Positions 38,455-47,880 are shown, numbered from the stretch's first letter. The stretch: 64,000 bases of DNA from Clostridia bacterium (GCA_017538255.1 JAFYJD010000025.1:131573-195572), one strand, 5' to 3'. Notes: generated by a model not told the origin, from the letters alone. Numbers and translations: made by a program.

Positions 38455-40137
38455 TTACATAATGCTGAGTTTGAGCATAAAGCGCGACAGCACCTTCATA
38501 AGTTCAGACGAAAGCGTTTCGCCAATATTCCTTATCTGAGCTTTGCTGTTCACCACCGTTACTGTGGAATCTGGAGTTTTTATGTCTGAAGCCCTGTCCG
38601 TAGTATGATAGTTGTACGTTATGCTTTGCGGAAGTTCATAGCCGAACATCTCCGTCGATTGACCGAGGTCCAACGTAAAGATATGGTCGGTGCCGCCCTC
38701 CTCGCCCGCTTTTACCGAAAGCGCGAAGGATGTCTGTTCGCCAACATACGAATATGGATAGTCTGCTTTTATATCATATTCACCGTGATTGATGCCTAAC
38801 GCGGATTTTTTAGTTTTATCCATATCGGATACTGCAACGATCAGTTTTGCTTCCTCTACGGGCATATCTACGATTATGGTGCCGTATAGCAGCCCTGCCT
38901 TTTCTTCAAGATCGACAAGCACCGATGCTATGAGTCCATCTTCGTTCTTTACGGCAAGATAGAGTTTGTTGTCGTAGCGTTCAAACTCGATGCCGCCTTT
39001 GTCGGTCGAGATATACTGCGCGATCGCTTTGCCCTTTTTCGTTACGACCGTCCAAGTGAAGTTCGCTTCCTTGATGGCGCGCGCCGTCTTGTCGGCGTTT
39101 GCACAGAGTTCATCGCCCGCTTTCTCAAACAGCGGCAAGAGGCCCTCGCTCCTGTTCAGCCCCTCATAGGAATAGTAGCGGGCAAGCAGGGATAAAAGCA
39201 CATTCGCATAGTCTTCGCCGACGTACTCGATCGCGAGCGAAAGCACGTGATCCGAGAGTTTTTTATCACCCGCGAACTCTTTTCCGAACGCCCGTATCGT
39301 ATCGGCAACGCGCTCCTCATCGGGCGTGAATGTGATGCGCTTGCAACCCTTGACCTTGGCAGAGATACCATTGAGTTCAACGCTGCCGCCCGTCATTTCG
39401 AAGTCTTCCGAGTCGAATGCCTTTATAAGTATCTTTTTGTAGCGGTTCTTGATACGGTCAAAACTCTTTTCAAGGTTGGCGACCGATTTGTATTCGAGTT
39501 TTTCGCCGTCTGTGATCCCAGCGACAAATTGAGCAAATCTGCCGTTATTTATAAGGTAGTACTCTTTTGAGAGTTCCGGCAGGTAAAAGCCCACATTCTC
39601 CTTATCGGCCGTAAATGTGCCAGAGATCACCGATGAGCCCTTATAATCTATGGAAGCGCCTATGATATGCGAGCCGTCTGCGTTATCGGTATTGAAATTT
39701 AAGGTGATGTTTTTAAGGAGTTTTTCAACGTCCGGATCCGCGCCCGCGACCGAAACGACGGAAAGCGAGCCGTCCGTCGAAATATTGGCAAAATCCGGCG
39801 CGTAACTGCCGTTCAACATCGCTTCCACGTTGCTGTTTCGATCGTTTGAAACAAAGAAAGCTTTTTGCGCGCGCGCAAAGCGGAGCATCGGGCTGTAGTA
39901 GAACTTTAGAGCGAATACCGCGCCGACGATCAGCAAAAGAGCAAGCGCCGAAAGCAGCACAGCCGTTATGACCTTTTTCTTGTTGGACTTTTGTTTTTTC
40001 GGCACCGGGGGGATATGGAACTGTTCGTTTGTTTCCTCCGTTTCGCCTGCGGCGAACTCCACGGTCTTCATCCCGCAATCCGGACAGAACTTATCGCTGT
40101 CCGAAAGCGTCGTATTGCAGTTATTGCATTTGCGCAT
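38455..40137 (-). CDS. zinc-ribbon membrane protein with a large extracytoplasmic domain
   Basis: N-terminal CNNC...CPDC zinc ribbon, a lysine-rich stretch, one TM helix, and about 470 aa outside the membrane. GGAGG RBS. First gene of the ABC-2 operon. Confidence 0.65.
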   Translation of the reverse strand: MRKCNNCNTTLSDSDKFCPDCGMKTVEFAAGETEETNEQFHIPPVPKKQKSNKKKVITAVLLSALALLLIVGAVFALKFYYSPMLRFARAQKAFFVSNDRNSNVEAMLNGSYAPDFANISTDGSLSVVSVAGADPDVEKLLKNITLNFNTDNADGSHIIGASIDYKGSSVISGTFTADKENVGFYLPELSKEYYLINNGRFAQFVAGITDGEKLEYKSVANLEKSFDRIKNRYKKILIKAFDSEDFEMTGGSVELNGISAKVKGCKRITFTPDEERVADTIRAFGKEFAGDKKLSDHVLSLAIEYVGEDYANVLLSLLARYYSYEGLNRSEGLLPLFEKAGDELCANADKTARAIKEANFTWTVVTKKGKAIAQYISTDKGGIEFERYDNKLYLAVKNEDGLIASVLVDLEEKAGLLYGTIIVDMPVEEAKLIVAVSDMDKTKKSALGINHGEYDIKADYPYSYVGEQTSFALSVKAGEEGGTDHIFTLDLGQSTEMFGYELPQSITYNYHTTDRASDIKTPDSTVTVVNSKAQIRNIGETLSSELMKVLSRFMLKLSIM

Positions 40138-40235
40138 TATTTTCCTCCTCGGTCGATCTTATATTGGGTATAACTCTAAATTATATTTTACAGTATCATA
40201 ATAGCGATGTCAATATAAAGAAGTTTTTTACGGCG

Positions 40236-40718
40236 CTATTGTGCACGCGCGATCCTCTCCCACGCCAATATCAGCGCTTCAAGCGAAACCGCCGCGTTTG
40301 CGGGGCTTGTGGAAGGGAGCGGAACGGCTTTTATTCCCGTTTTAGGCTCGATATGCTTTTCATATAGTTTTGCCGCAGTTTTGCCGTTTACGTAGACCGT
40401 TTCGATCTTCGCTGAAGCGAGAATCGAGGAAATGTCGTTCACGGCGGCGTTTTTTATCTTGGCGTCCGATGAGTTGACTATATCGCAGCTCGCGATAACA
40501 TCCCAAAGCGCGATGCGATGACGCAAGAGAAACGCTCGCTTTTCGCCAACTGTTTCGGGTAGTTCGTCAGAAAAGACCGCAGCGAGAACGCACCAGAAAC
40601 GATTGCGCGGATGTCCGTAAAAGAACATCGTTTCCCTGGATTTTACCGAAGGAAAACTGCCGAGGATCAGTATTTTTGAATCGGCTGCGAAAAGCGGCGG
40701 TATCGGGTGTACCGTCAT
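40236..40718 (-). CDS. DNA-deoxyinosine glycosylase (UDG superfamily)
   Basis: LILGSFPS and PSTSPAN motifs. Start trimmed to ATG 40718 after GGAGGG. Confidence 0.75.
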   Translation of the reverse strand: MTVHPIPPLFAADSKILILGSFPSVKSRETMFFYGHPRNRFWCVLAAVFSDELPETVGEKRAFLLRHRIALWDVIASCDIVNSSDAKIKNAAVNDISSILASAKIETVYVNGKTAAKLYEKHIEPKTGIKAVPLPSTSPANAAVSLEALILAWERIARAQ

Positions 40719-40816
40719 ATGCGTTCCCTCCAAACATATTGTTTACATAACGATTTTACCACCTTGAGCGAAAACAGTCAAACCTGCGATACGAGGCAAT
40801 ATATTTAACAGCTCTA

Positions 40817-40858
40817 TTGACTTTGAGCGCCTCTGGCGTTAAACTGTTAAGTGCTTAA
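40817..40858 (+). promoter_or_regulatory. marR-operon promoter plus a near-palindromic candidate operator
   Basis: TTGACT-17 nt-TAAACT (40817-40845), immediately followed by TTAAGTGCTTAA (40847-40858). Confidence 0.4.
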
Positions 40859-40909
40859 TTGTAAAACGCTTAATGGTTTTATAAAAACTCTTATCGAAAG
40901 GAACTGTGT

Positions 40910-41401
40910 ATGCTAAAAAAACAACCTCGGCTCGGTTGGAAACTGCATAGACTGGATCTGCTTATGCAGTTGTATCTGCGTTCAAACGGCGACGATGTGA
41001 TACCGCCCGCGCAGATGCGTATGCTTGAGTTCATCGCCTCGCACCCCGGCTGTACGCAGGCGGATGTCGCGGAAGAGATGCAGGTTTCGCCCGCATCCGT
41101 CGCGCAGAGCATAAAGCGTATCGAAGCGTCGGGCTATGTCAGCCGAGCGGCGTGCAAGGGCAATCTCCGTGCCAACAGCCTCGAGATAACCCCGAGCGGC
41201 ATCGACGCCGCAGCGCTCTGCCGCAAGGTATTCGACGGGCTCCAGGATCGGATGCTTCTCGGTTTTTCCGCCGACGAGCGCGAGGCGCTCGATTCTATGA
41301 TAACGCGGCTTATGTCCAACCTCGAATCCGGCGATACGGGCTCGATGAACAATATGGAACTGTCCCTGCTTGTAAAGGCTGACGGCGAAAAGCGCAAATA
41401 A
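40910..41401 (+). CDS. MarR-family transcriptional regulator
   Basis: 163 aa with a winged-helix pattern (QMRMLEFIASHPGCTQADVAEEMQVSPASVAQSIKRIEASGYV). Confidence 0.85.
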   Translation: MLKKQPRLGWKLHRLDLLMQLYLRSNGDDVIPPAQMRMLEFIASHPGCTQADVAEEMQVSPASVAQSIKRIEASGYVSRAACKGNLRANSLEITPSGIDAAALCRKVFDGLQDRMLLGFSADEREALDSMITRLMSNLESGDTGSMNNMELSLLVKADGEKRK

Positions 41402-41431
41402 TACCGCATATATAACAAGGAGTTTATTTAT

Positions 41432-43168
41432 ATGATAAAAAAACTGTTCCCCGCCGTGCGCGGATATGAACTGCATTCTTTGGGTGCGTCGTTTATGATT
41501 ATACTCGAAGGCGTTCTTGAGATCATGATACCGTTCTTTATGACAAAACTCATAAACGACGGAATCGATGTTCCGAATCCCAGTATGCGCGTCATTTTGA
41601 CCTATGGCTCGCTGATGCTGCTTATGGCGGTGTTTGCACTCATCACGGGCGCGCTCTGCGCGAGGTTTGCCGCCGTCGCCGGCACGGGCTTTGCCGCAAA
41701 TCTTCGCAATATGCTCTTCCGCAAAGTGCAGGATTTTTCGTTTGCGAACGTTGACAAGTTTTCAAGTGCAAGCATCGTAACAAGGCTCACGACCGACGTT
41801 ACGAACATCCAAAATCTTTTTACTATGCTGATAAGGATGACCGTTCGCAACTTCATAATTATGATAACGGCGTTCTGCTTTGCCGTTGCCGTAAACCCGA
41901 AACTCTCGCTTGTTTTCGCCGTTACGATACCTCTGCTTGCCGGCATCATGCTGTTCATTATGATAATGGCGCATCCGTTCTTTGAAAAGATGCTCACAAG
42001 GCTCGATCTTATGAACGCGAAGGTACAGGAAAACCTTATCGCAATGCGCGTTGTAAAGGCGTTTGTTAAAGGTGAAGACGAAAAGGTCTCCTTCAACGAT
42101 TCCGCGCTCGCGCTCAAAAAGGCGCAGCTTGCCGCGGAGCGCATCGTCATTTGGAACAACCCGGTGTCGCAGCTTATCTTCTACGCCGCTATGATCGCCG
42201 TTTGCTATTTCGGCGGCCGGCTGATAATCGACGGCAATATGAAGATCGGCGACCTTTCGGGCTTCCTTGCCTATATCGGGCAGATCCTCTCAAGCGTAAT
42301 GATGCTATCGATGCTGTTCGTCAGTTTCATCATCACCCGCGCCTCACAAAAGCGCATCGCCGAGATACTTGACGAGAAGATCGACATAAGCGATGATGAC
42401 GCGGATGCTTCCCTCGAGGTGCCGGACGGCAGCGTTGAGTTTTCGGACGTAAACTTCTCCTACGCCAAGAACCCCGAAAACCTTACCTTGACCGGCGTCA
42501 ATTTCTCCGTGCGCTCCGGTGAAACGATAGGCATAATCGGCGGCACGGGCTCCGCAAAGACCACGCTTGTTCAACTGATCCCGCGCCTTTACGAAGTGCT
42601 TTCCGGCAGCGTTAGCGTCGGCGGACACGATGTGCGCGAATACAAACTGCACACCCTGCGCGACAAAGTTGCGATGGTGCTTCAAACCAATCTGCTCTTC
42701 AGCGGCACGATAAGGGAAAATCTCAAATGGGGCAACGAAGACGCCACCGATGCCGAGATAGAGGCCGCCTGCCGCGCCGCCTGCGCGCACGACTTCATTA
42801 TGAGTTTCCCGCACGGCTACGACACAGACCTTGGTCAAGGCGGCGTCAATGTTTCCGGCGGTCAGAAACAGAGGCTGTGTATAGCGAGGGCACTGCTTAA
42901 AAACCCGAAGGTCGTTATACTCGACGACTCCACGAGCGCCTGCGACACCGCGACCGACGCTTCGATCAGAAAGGCGCTGAAAACGGAACTTGCCGGTACG
43001 ACCACCTTTATCATCGCCCAGCGCATCGCTTCCGTTATGGACGCGGACAGGGTAATGGTGCTTGACGACGGCAAACTCGTCGCTTTCGACACGCCGGAAA
43101 GGCTGCTTGAGACCAATGACATCTACAAAGAGGTCTACGAATCCCAGATGAAAGGAGCTGAAGCGTAA
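41432..43168 (+). CDS. ABC exporter permease/ATPase fusion, half-transporter carrying the degenerate ATP site
   Basis: Walker A GGTGSAKTT and signature VSGGQKQR. Walker B is VVILDDSTSACD, with Asp in place of the catalytic Glu. Confidence 0.9.
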   Translation: MIKKLFPAVRGYELHSLGASFMIILEGVLEIMIPFFMTKLINDGIDVPNPSMRVILTYGSLMLLMAVFALITGALCARFAAVAGTGFAANLRNMLFRKVQDFSFANVDKFSSASIVTRLTTDVTNIQNLFTMLIRMTVRNFIIMITAFCFAVAVNPKLSLVFAVTIPLLAGIMLFIMIMAHPFFEKMLTRLDLMNAKVQENLIAMRVVKAFVKGEDEKVSFNDSALALKKAQLAAERIVIWNNPVSQLIFYAAMIAVCYFGGRLIIDGNMKIGDLSGFLAYIGQILSSVMMLSMLFVSFIITRASQKRIAEILDEKIDISDDDADASLEVPDGSVEFSDVNFSYAKNPENLTLTGVNFSVRSGETIGIIGGTGSAKTTLVQLIPRLYEVLSGSVSVGGHDVREYKLHTLRDKVAMVLQTNLLFSGTIRENLKWGNEDATDAEIEAACRAACAHDFIMSFPHGYDTDLGQGGVNVSGGQKQRLCIARALLKNPKVVILDDSTSACDTATDASIRKALKTELAGTTTFIIAQRIASVMDADRVMVLDDGKLVAFDTPERLLETNDIYKEVYESQMKGAEA

Positions 43169-45114
43169 TGAGTCCCGCTCCCAAAAGTTCCGAAAGAATA
43201 GTACGCGGTCCCGGCGCGCGCGGCGGCCCGAAGTTCGCAAAGCCGAAAAACACAAAGGGCACCTTCATGCGCCTTTTACGTTACTTCAAAAAATACGCGG
43301 CAACGCTCATCATCGTTACCGTATGCATCATAATTGCCGCCGAAGCGAATGTTTTCGGCACGGCGCAGCTCAAAACGCTCATCGACGACCATCTTGCACA
43401 GATGGTTGCCAACGGCCGTACGAGCGAACGCTGGGCGGCGTTTACTTGGGCGATAACGCGCATGGGACTTGTGTACCTGATCGGCGCAATATGCATCTAC
43501 ATACACTCGCGGCTTATGCTTCGGGTATCCACGGGCATACTCTACGATATCCGCACCGAGATGTTCTCCAAGATGCAGAAATTGCCGATCAAGTATTTTG
43601 ACTCCCATACCCACGGCGAGATTATGAGCCGCTATACCAACGATACCGACAGTATGCGCGAGATGCTCGGGCAGAGCATTCCCAATCTAATCAACAGCAT
43701 TTTCCGCGTCGTCAGCGTATTCGTTATGATGGTGATATTGAGCCCCCTGCTTACTGTAATCACCGTTGTTATGCTCGTGCTTATGATAACCGTCGTCAAG
43801 GCGCTTGGCAAACGCAGCGGCGCGTTCTATAAAAAGCGTCAGGCGGCGCTTGGCGTTGCGAACGGCTATATTGAGGAGATGACCGAAGGACAGAAGGTCG
43901 TCAAAGTATTCTGCCGCGAGCAGATGACCAACGAGCGTTTTGCTCAGCTCAACGACGAACTTCGCAAAGCTGAAGCGGGTGCCAACACCTGGGCAAGCAT
44001 ACTGATGCCGATAATGGGCAACCTCAGTTATATCCAGTACGCGATAACCGCCGTCATCGGTACTCTGATGGTGCTCGCGGGCATCAAGGGCAACTATCCT
44101 GTGCTCCTGACGCTCAGCGTCGGCAGTCTTATCACCTTCCTGCAGTACACAAGGAACTTTGCTCAACCCATCACAATGATGAGCCAGCAGTTCAACTCCA
44201 TTCTCTCCGCGCTCGCGGGCGCAGAACGGATATTCGCGCTGATCGACGAAGCGCCCGAAGAGGACGAAGGCCGCGTTACGCTTGTGAACGCGCGTATCGA
44301 CGAAAACAGCGAGCTGCGAGAGTGCACCGAGCGCACGGATATCTGGGCGTGGAAAACCCCTGACGGCGAACTCAGGCGAGTTCGAGGCCATGTTGAGTTC
44401 AACGACGTTACGTTCAGTTATGACGGCGAAAAGATCGTGCTTGACGATATCAGCCTGTACGCAAAGCCCGGTCAAAAGATCGCTTTTGTAGGCTCGACCG
44501 GCGCCGGCAAAACGACGATCACCAACCTGATAAACCGCTTCTACGATATCCAGCAGGGCGAGATCACCTACGACGGGTTCAATATCCGCGATATCGAAAA
44601 GGACGCGCTCAGACGCAGTCTTGCGATGGTGCTTCAGGACACGCATCTGTTCACGGGGACTGTGCGCGAGAATATCCGTTTCGGACGCAAGGACGCGACC
44701 GACGATGAGATCGAGCGTGCCGCAAAACTCGCAAACGCGCATTCATTCATAATGCATCTTCCCGAGCGCTATGACACTATGATCGTTGACGACGGCGAAA
44801 ACCTCTCTCAGGGGCAGCGCCAGCTTATCGCCATCGCGCGCGCGGCGATCGCGGATCCGCCCGTGTTGATCCTTGATGAAGCGACCAGTTCCATCGATAC
44901 ACGCACCGAGGCGCTCATCGAAAAGGGTATGGACGAACTTATGAACGGCCGCACGGTATTTGTCATCGCACACCGTCTGTCGACCGTTCGCAACTCCAAC
45001 GCTATTATGGTGCTTGAACAGGGCAAGATCATCGAGCGCGGCGATCATCACGAGTTAATCGAGCAAAAAGGCAGGTATTATAAACTCTATACGGGCGCGT
45101 TTGAATTGAGTTGA
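43168..45114 (+). CDS. ABC exporter permease/ATPase fusion, half-transporter carrying the consensus ATP site
   Basis: Walker A GSTGAGKTT and Walker B VLILDEATSSID. The signature is the non-canonical LSQGQRQL. Its ATG overlaps the upstream stop (TAATG). Confidence 0.9.
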   Translation: MSPAPKSSERIVRGPGARGGPKFAKPKNTKGTFMRLLRYFKKYAATLIIVTVCIIIAAEANVFGTAQLKTLIDDHLAQMVANGRTSERWAAFTWAITRMGLVYLIGAICIYIHSRLMLRVSTGILYDIRTEMFSKMQKLPIKYFDSHTHGEIMSRYTNDTDSMREMLGQSIPNLINSIFRVVSVFVMMVILSPLLTVITVVMLVLMITVVKALGKRSGAFYKKRQAALGVANGYIEEMTEGQKVVKVFCREQMTNERFAQLNDELRKAEAGANTWASILMPIMGNLSYIQYAITAVIGTLMVLAGIKGNYPVLLTLSVGSLITFLQYTRNFAQPITMMSQQFNSILSALAGAERIFALIDEAPEEDEGRVTLVNARIDENSELRECTERTDIWAWKTPDGELRRVRGHVEFNDVTFSYDGEKIVLDDISLYAKPGQKIAFVGSTGAGKTTITNLINRFYDIQQGEITYDGFNIRDIEKDALRRSLAMVLQDTHLFTGTVRENIRFGRKDATDDEIERAAKLANAHSFIMHLPERYDTMIVDDGENLSQGQRQLIAIARAAIADPPVLILDEATSSIDTRTEALIEKGMDELMNGRTVFVIAHRLSTVRNSNAIMVLEQGKIIERGDHHELIEQKGRYYKLYTGAFELS

Positions 45115-45126
45115 GCGCGGTATCGT

Positions 45127-45158
45127 CGGGGCCGGCAAATACGCCGGCCCCGTTTTTG
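45127..45158 (+). terminator. intrinsic terminator after the ABC exporter pair
   Basis: 10-bp GC stem cggggccggc/gccggccccg followed by TTTTTG. Confidence 0.8.
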
Positions 45159-45245
45159 TATCAAGCGGCGCGAAAACGGGATAAGCGCATACGAGTTTTA
45201 CCGACCCCCATTCTGTTTCCTATACGAAGCGGGCGCACGGATGTA

Positions 45246-45274
45246 TTGCATTTGTAAAAAAACTATGTTATACT
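45246..45274 (+). promoter_or_regulatory. sigma-A-type promoter for the HprK-like / rSAM / PqqD cassette
   Basis: TTGCAT-17 nt-TATACT. Confidence 0.5.
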
Positions 45275-45346
45275 TATTTACTGTGATTGAAGCGGCAGTA
45301 TTATGCCATTTCGGCGCAGAATAATGATTTGGGGCAATATTCTTCA

Positions 45347-46207
45347 ATGATCGCCAAATACCGTTTTGCGGACGTCAACGTGCTTATAAAGACCGATTTC
45401 GAGTTTGAACTCATCAACAAATTTGATGAGTTCCGCTATGAGTTCGGCAAGCCCGATCTGACATACGAGTACTATATGCAGAACGGATTTGAGACCCCCG
45501 ATTATCCACCGATCTATACCGATTCTTTTTGTCGTGTCTATCGCAAGGACGGCATAACCTATCGTTATTTTACAGCGATGCCCGATAATCAGTACAATGC
45601 GCTGATAACCGACGAAGCCGCCTCCGATGGCGTGTTCAAGGTGTATCTGCAAGGCTTGCAGGAGCCTGTATACTTCACCGAACTTCGTCTATTCAACTAT
45701 TTTGCCGTCGAACACGCTATGGCGCTTTTCGGCGGAGTGCTGCTCCACTCGTCCTACATAATCCACAACGGCGAGGCGATACTCTTTTCCGCACCGTCCG
45801 GAACGGGCAAATCCACACAAGCTGACCTTTGGCACAAGCATATGGGCTCGCTCATAGTAAACGGCGATAGATCTTTGCTTAAGATCGAGAACGGAGCGAT
45901 AAAGGTTCATTGCCTTCCATACTGCGGATCGTCCAATATCAGCAACAACATAACTGCGCCGCTCAAGACCATAGTTATTCTGAGGCAGGCGCCGTACAAC
46001 AAGATCACTCGACTCCGTCCCGCCGAAGCGTTCAAGCACATCTACTCCGAATGCTCCGCAGATATATGGTACGAAAATGATGTGCGCGTTATCGGCGATA
46101 TAATCGAGACCGCAATCAATACCGTTCCCGTTTACAAACTCGAATGTCTGCCTGACAAAGACGCCGTTCATACTCTCGCCGGCGCGCTCGGGATAGAGTG
46201 CAAATAA
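45347..46207 (+). CDS. HPr-kinase-related P-loop protein (HprK C-terminal-domain-like)
   Basis: LLHSSYIIHNGEAILFSAPSGTGKSTQADLW...NGDRSLL resembles the HprK/P C-terminal catalytic domain. I chose ATG 45347. The track start TTG 45287 lies only about 13 nt after the predicted -10. Confidence 0.6.
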   Translation: MIAKYRFADVNVLIKTDFEFELINKFDEFRYEFGKPDLTYEYYMQNGFETPDYPPIYTDSFCRVYRKDGITYRYFTAMPDNQYNALITDEAASDGVFKVYLQGLQEPVYFTELRLFNYFAVEHAMALFGGVLLHSSYIIHNGEAILFSAPSGTGKSTQADLWHKHMGSLIVNGDRSLLKIENGAIKVHCLPYCGSSNISNNITAPLKTIVILRQAPYNKITRLRPAEAFKHIYSECSADIWYENDVRVIGDIIETAINTVPVYKLECLPDKDAVHTLAGALGIECK

Positions 46208-46239
46208 CGCTCAAGACTATTTTATAGGTGGTACACCAA

Positions 46240-47529
46240 ATGAGAAACGATCCCGTACAGGCACAGATCGCCCGTCAATTATCGGCAGAACCTAAACTTG
46301 TTACCTACCTTTTTACAAAGGCAGGTGTTAGAAAGGTTCCGCTTTCGGGCACATTTGAGTTGACTCCGCGCTGCAATTTCAACTGCAAGATGTGCTACGT
46401 TCACCTCTCCAAAGAGGAACAGGAAGCTCGCGGTCGAGAACTAACTGCCGCCGAATGGATAGCGCTCGGCGAAGAATGCAGCAAACAGGGTATGCTCTTT
46501 TTGCTTCTCACCGGAGGCGAGCCCCTTATCCGTCCCGATTTTCGCGAGATCTATCTCGGGCTCAAAAAACTCGGTCTTATACTGTCGATCAACACCAACG
46601 GATCGCTGATAGACGACGAGATGATCGAGTTTCTCAAAGCCAACCCGCCGTATAAGCTCAACATCACTCTCTACGGCTCGAGTCCCGAGGTCTACAACGA
46701 AGTAAACGGCAACCCGGCCGCGTTTGAAAAGACATACCGTGCTATCAAGGCGCTTAAGGAAGCGGGTCTTGCTGTTAAACTGAACTGCAGCACCACCCAG
46801 TACAACAGGGATGATGTTGGCAATATCTATAATCTTGCGGCCGATCTGAATATCCATACCCAGATTGCCGAGTATATGTTCCCGCCGATGCGCATCTCCG
46901 CCGAATCCGCGGGCAAAGCCGTAAGGCTCAGCGCAAAGGAAGCGGGTCGGGAGATGTTCCTAAACATCAAGCGCCGTTCCTACGACGAAAAACTCTATCT
47001 TATGAGGCTTAGGAAGGTCGCCAGCGGCATAAAGGTCATCGACGAAGACGCCGAATGCCTTGATGTTCCTACCGCGGAAACGCTCACAGCGACCGAGCAC
47101 ATCCGCTGCCGCGCCGGCTCCTGCGCATTCTGGGTATCCTGGGACGGCAAACTCTCCCCCTGCGGTATGATGGTCGAGCCTTCGTGCAGCATAACCGAAC
47201 TCGGCTTTGCCGAAGCGTGGGAGCGCGTTTGCGAGGCTACCCGCGCCATTATGATGCCGCCCAAGTGCACAAACTGCGACAAGCGCTTTGCCTGCGTCGT
47301 ATGCGCGGCGTCCACCTATTGCGAAACGGGCTGTTTTGGCAAGGATGAGCCCACCTACATATGCGAGATGATCGAAGAGTATCTGCGCATTGTTCATGAA
47401 GAATACGAACGCCTGTTAAAAGAGGGCGCATACGAAGATATTCTGAAAGAAGAGGCGGAAGCCCGCGAAAAGGCTCTCGCCGCCGCAGAGGCACAGGCAA
47501 AACCCGAGGCCGAAGGCAAAAAAGAATAA
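46240..47529 (+). CDS. radical SAM enzyme with a C-terminal SPASM-type auxiliary cluster domain
   Basis: CNFNCKMC (CX3CX2C, 46372-46395). C-terminal CRAGSCAFWVSWDGKLSPC (CX12GX4C) and CTNCDKRFACVVC (CX2CX5CX2C). Start at ATG 46240 after AGGTGG. Confidence 0.85.
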   Translation: MRNDPVQAQIARQLSAEPKLVTYLFTKAGVRKVPLSGTFELTPRCNFNCKMCYVHLSKEEQEARGRELTAAEWIALGEECSKQGMLFLLLTGGEPLIRPDFREIYLGLKKLGLILSINTNGSLIDDEMIEFLKANPPYKLNITLYGSSPEVYNEVNGNPAAFEKTYRAIKALKEAGLAVKLNCSTTQYNRDDVGNIYNLAADLNIHTQIAEYMFPPMRISAESAGKAVRLSAKEAGREMFLNIKRRSYDEKLYLMRLRKVASGIKVIDEDAECLDVPTAETLTATEHIRCRAGSCAFWVSWDGKLSPCGMMVEPSCSITELGFAEAWERVCEATRAIMMPPKCTNCDKRFACVVCAASTYCETGCFGKDEPTYICEMIEEYLRIVHEEYERLLKEGAYEDILKEEAEAREKALAAAEAQAKPEAEGKKE

Positions 47530-47552
47530 TTTATCGAAAAAGGAGACTGGAT

Positions 47553-47813
47553 ATGCAACTGAAGAACAACTACATCATCCGCGAGATAATGGGCGACACC
47601 CTGCTTATTCCCGACGGCGAGCACCTTTTTGAGTTCAACGGGATTATCACGCTGAACGAACTCGGCGTATTCATACTCAAATTGCTTCCGGATGTGGAGA
47701 GCGAAGATGAGATCGTCAAAAATATACTCGAAGAATACGAAGTTGACGAGGCGACAGCCAAAAAGGATGTTTGCGATTTTATGGAACAGCTCCGCGCGAT
47801 CAAGATAATCTGA
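47553..47813 (+). CDS. PqqD-family protein (RRE-type peptide chaperone)
   Basis: 86 aa. The size and pattern (ITLNELGVFILKLL...EDEIVKNILEEYEVDEATAKKDVCDFMEQL) are typical of PqqD-like proteins. AAGGAG RBS. Confidence 0.75.
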   Translation: MQLKNNYIIREIMGDTLLIPDGEHLFEFNGIITLNELGVFILKLLPDVESEDEIVKNILEEYEVDEATAKKDVCDFMEQLRAIKII

Positions 47814-47840
47814 TACTCTTTATTTGCAAAATGCCCATAT

Positions 47841-47874
47841 AAAAAACGACCGTTTTTACGGTCGTTTTTATTTG
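47841..47874. terminator. bidirectional intrinsic terminator (PqqD gene / rpoD)
   Basis: Stem aaaacgaccg/cggtcgtttt flanked by A- and T-runs. Confidence 0.75.
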
Positions 47875-47880
47875 CATTCA

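Noticed and set aside
42344-44742. Minus-strand ORFs of 303 and 351 aa
   Set aside because: They are antisense to the two ABC exporter genes, which have complete Walker and signature motifs.
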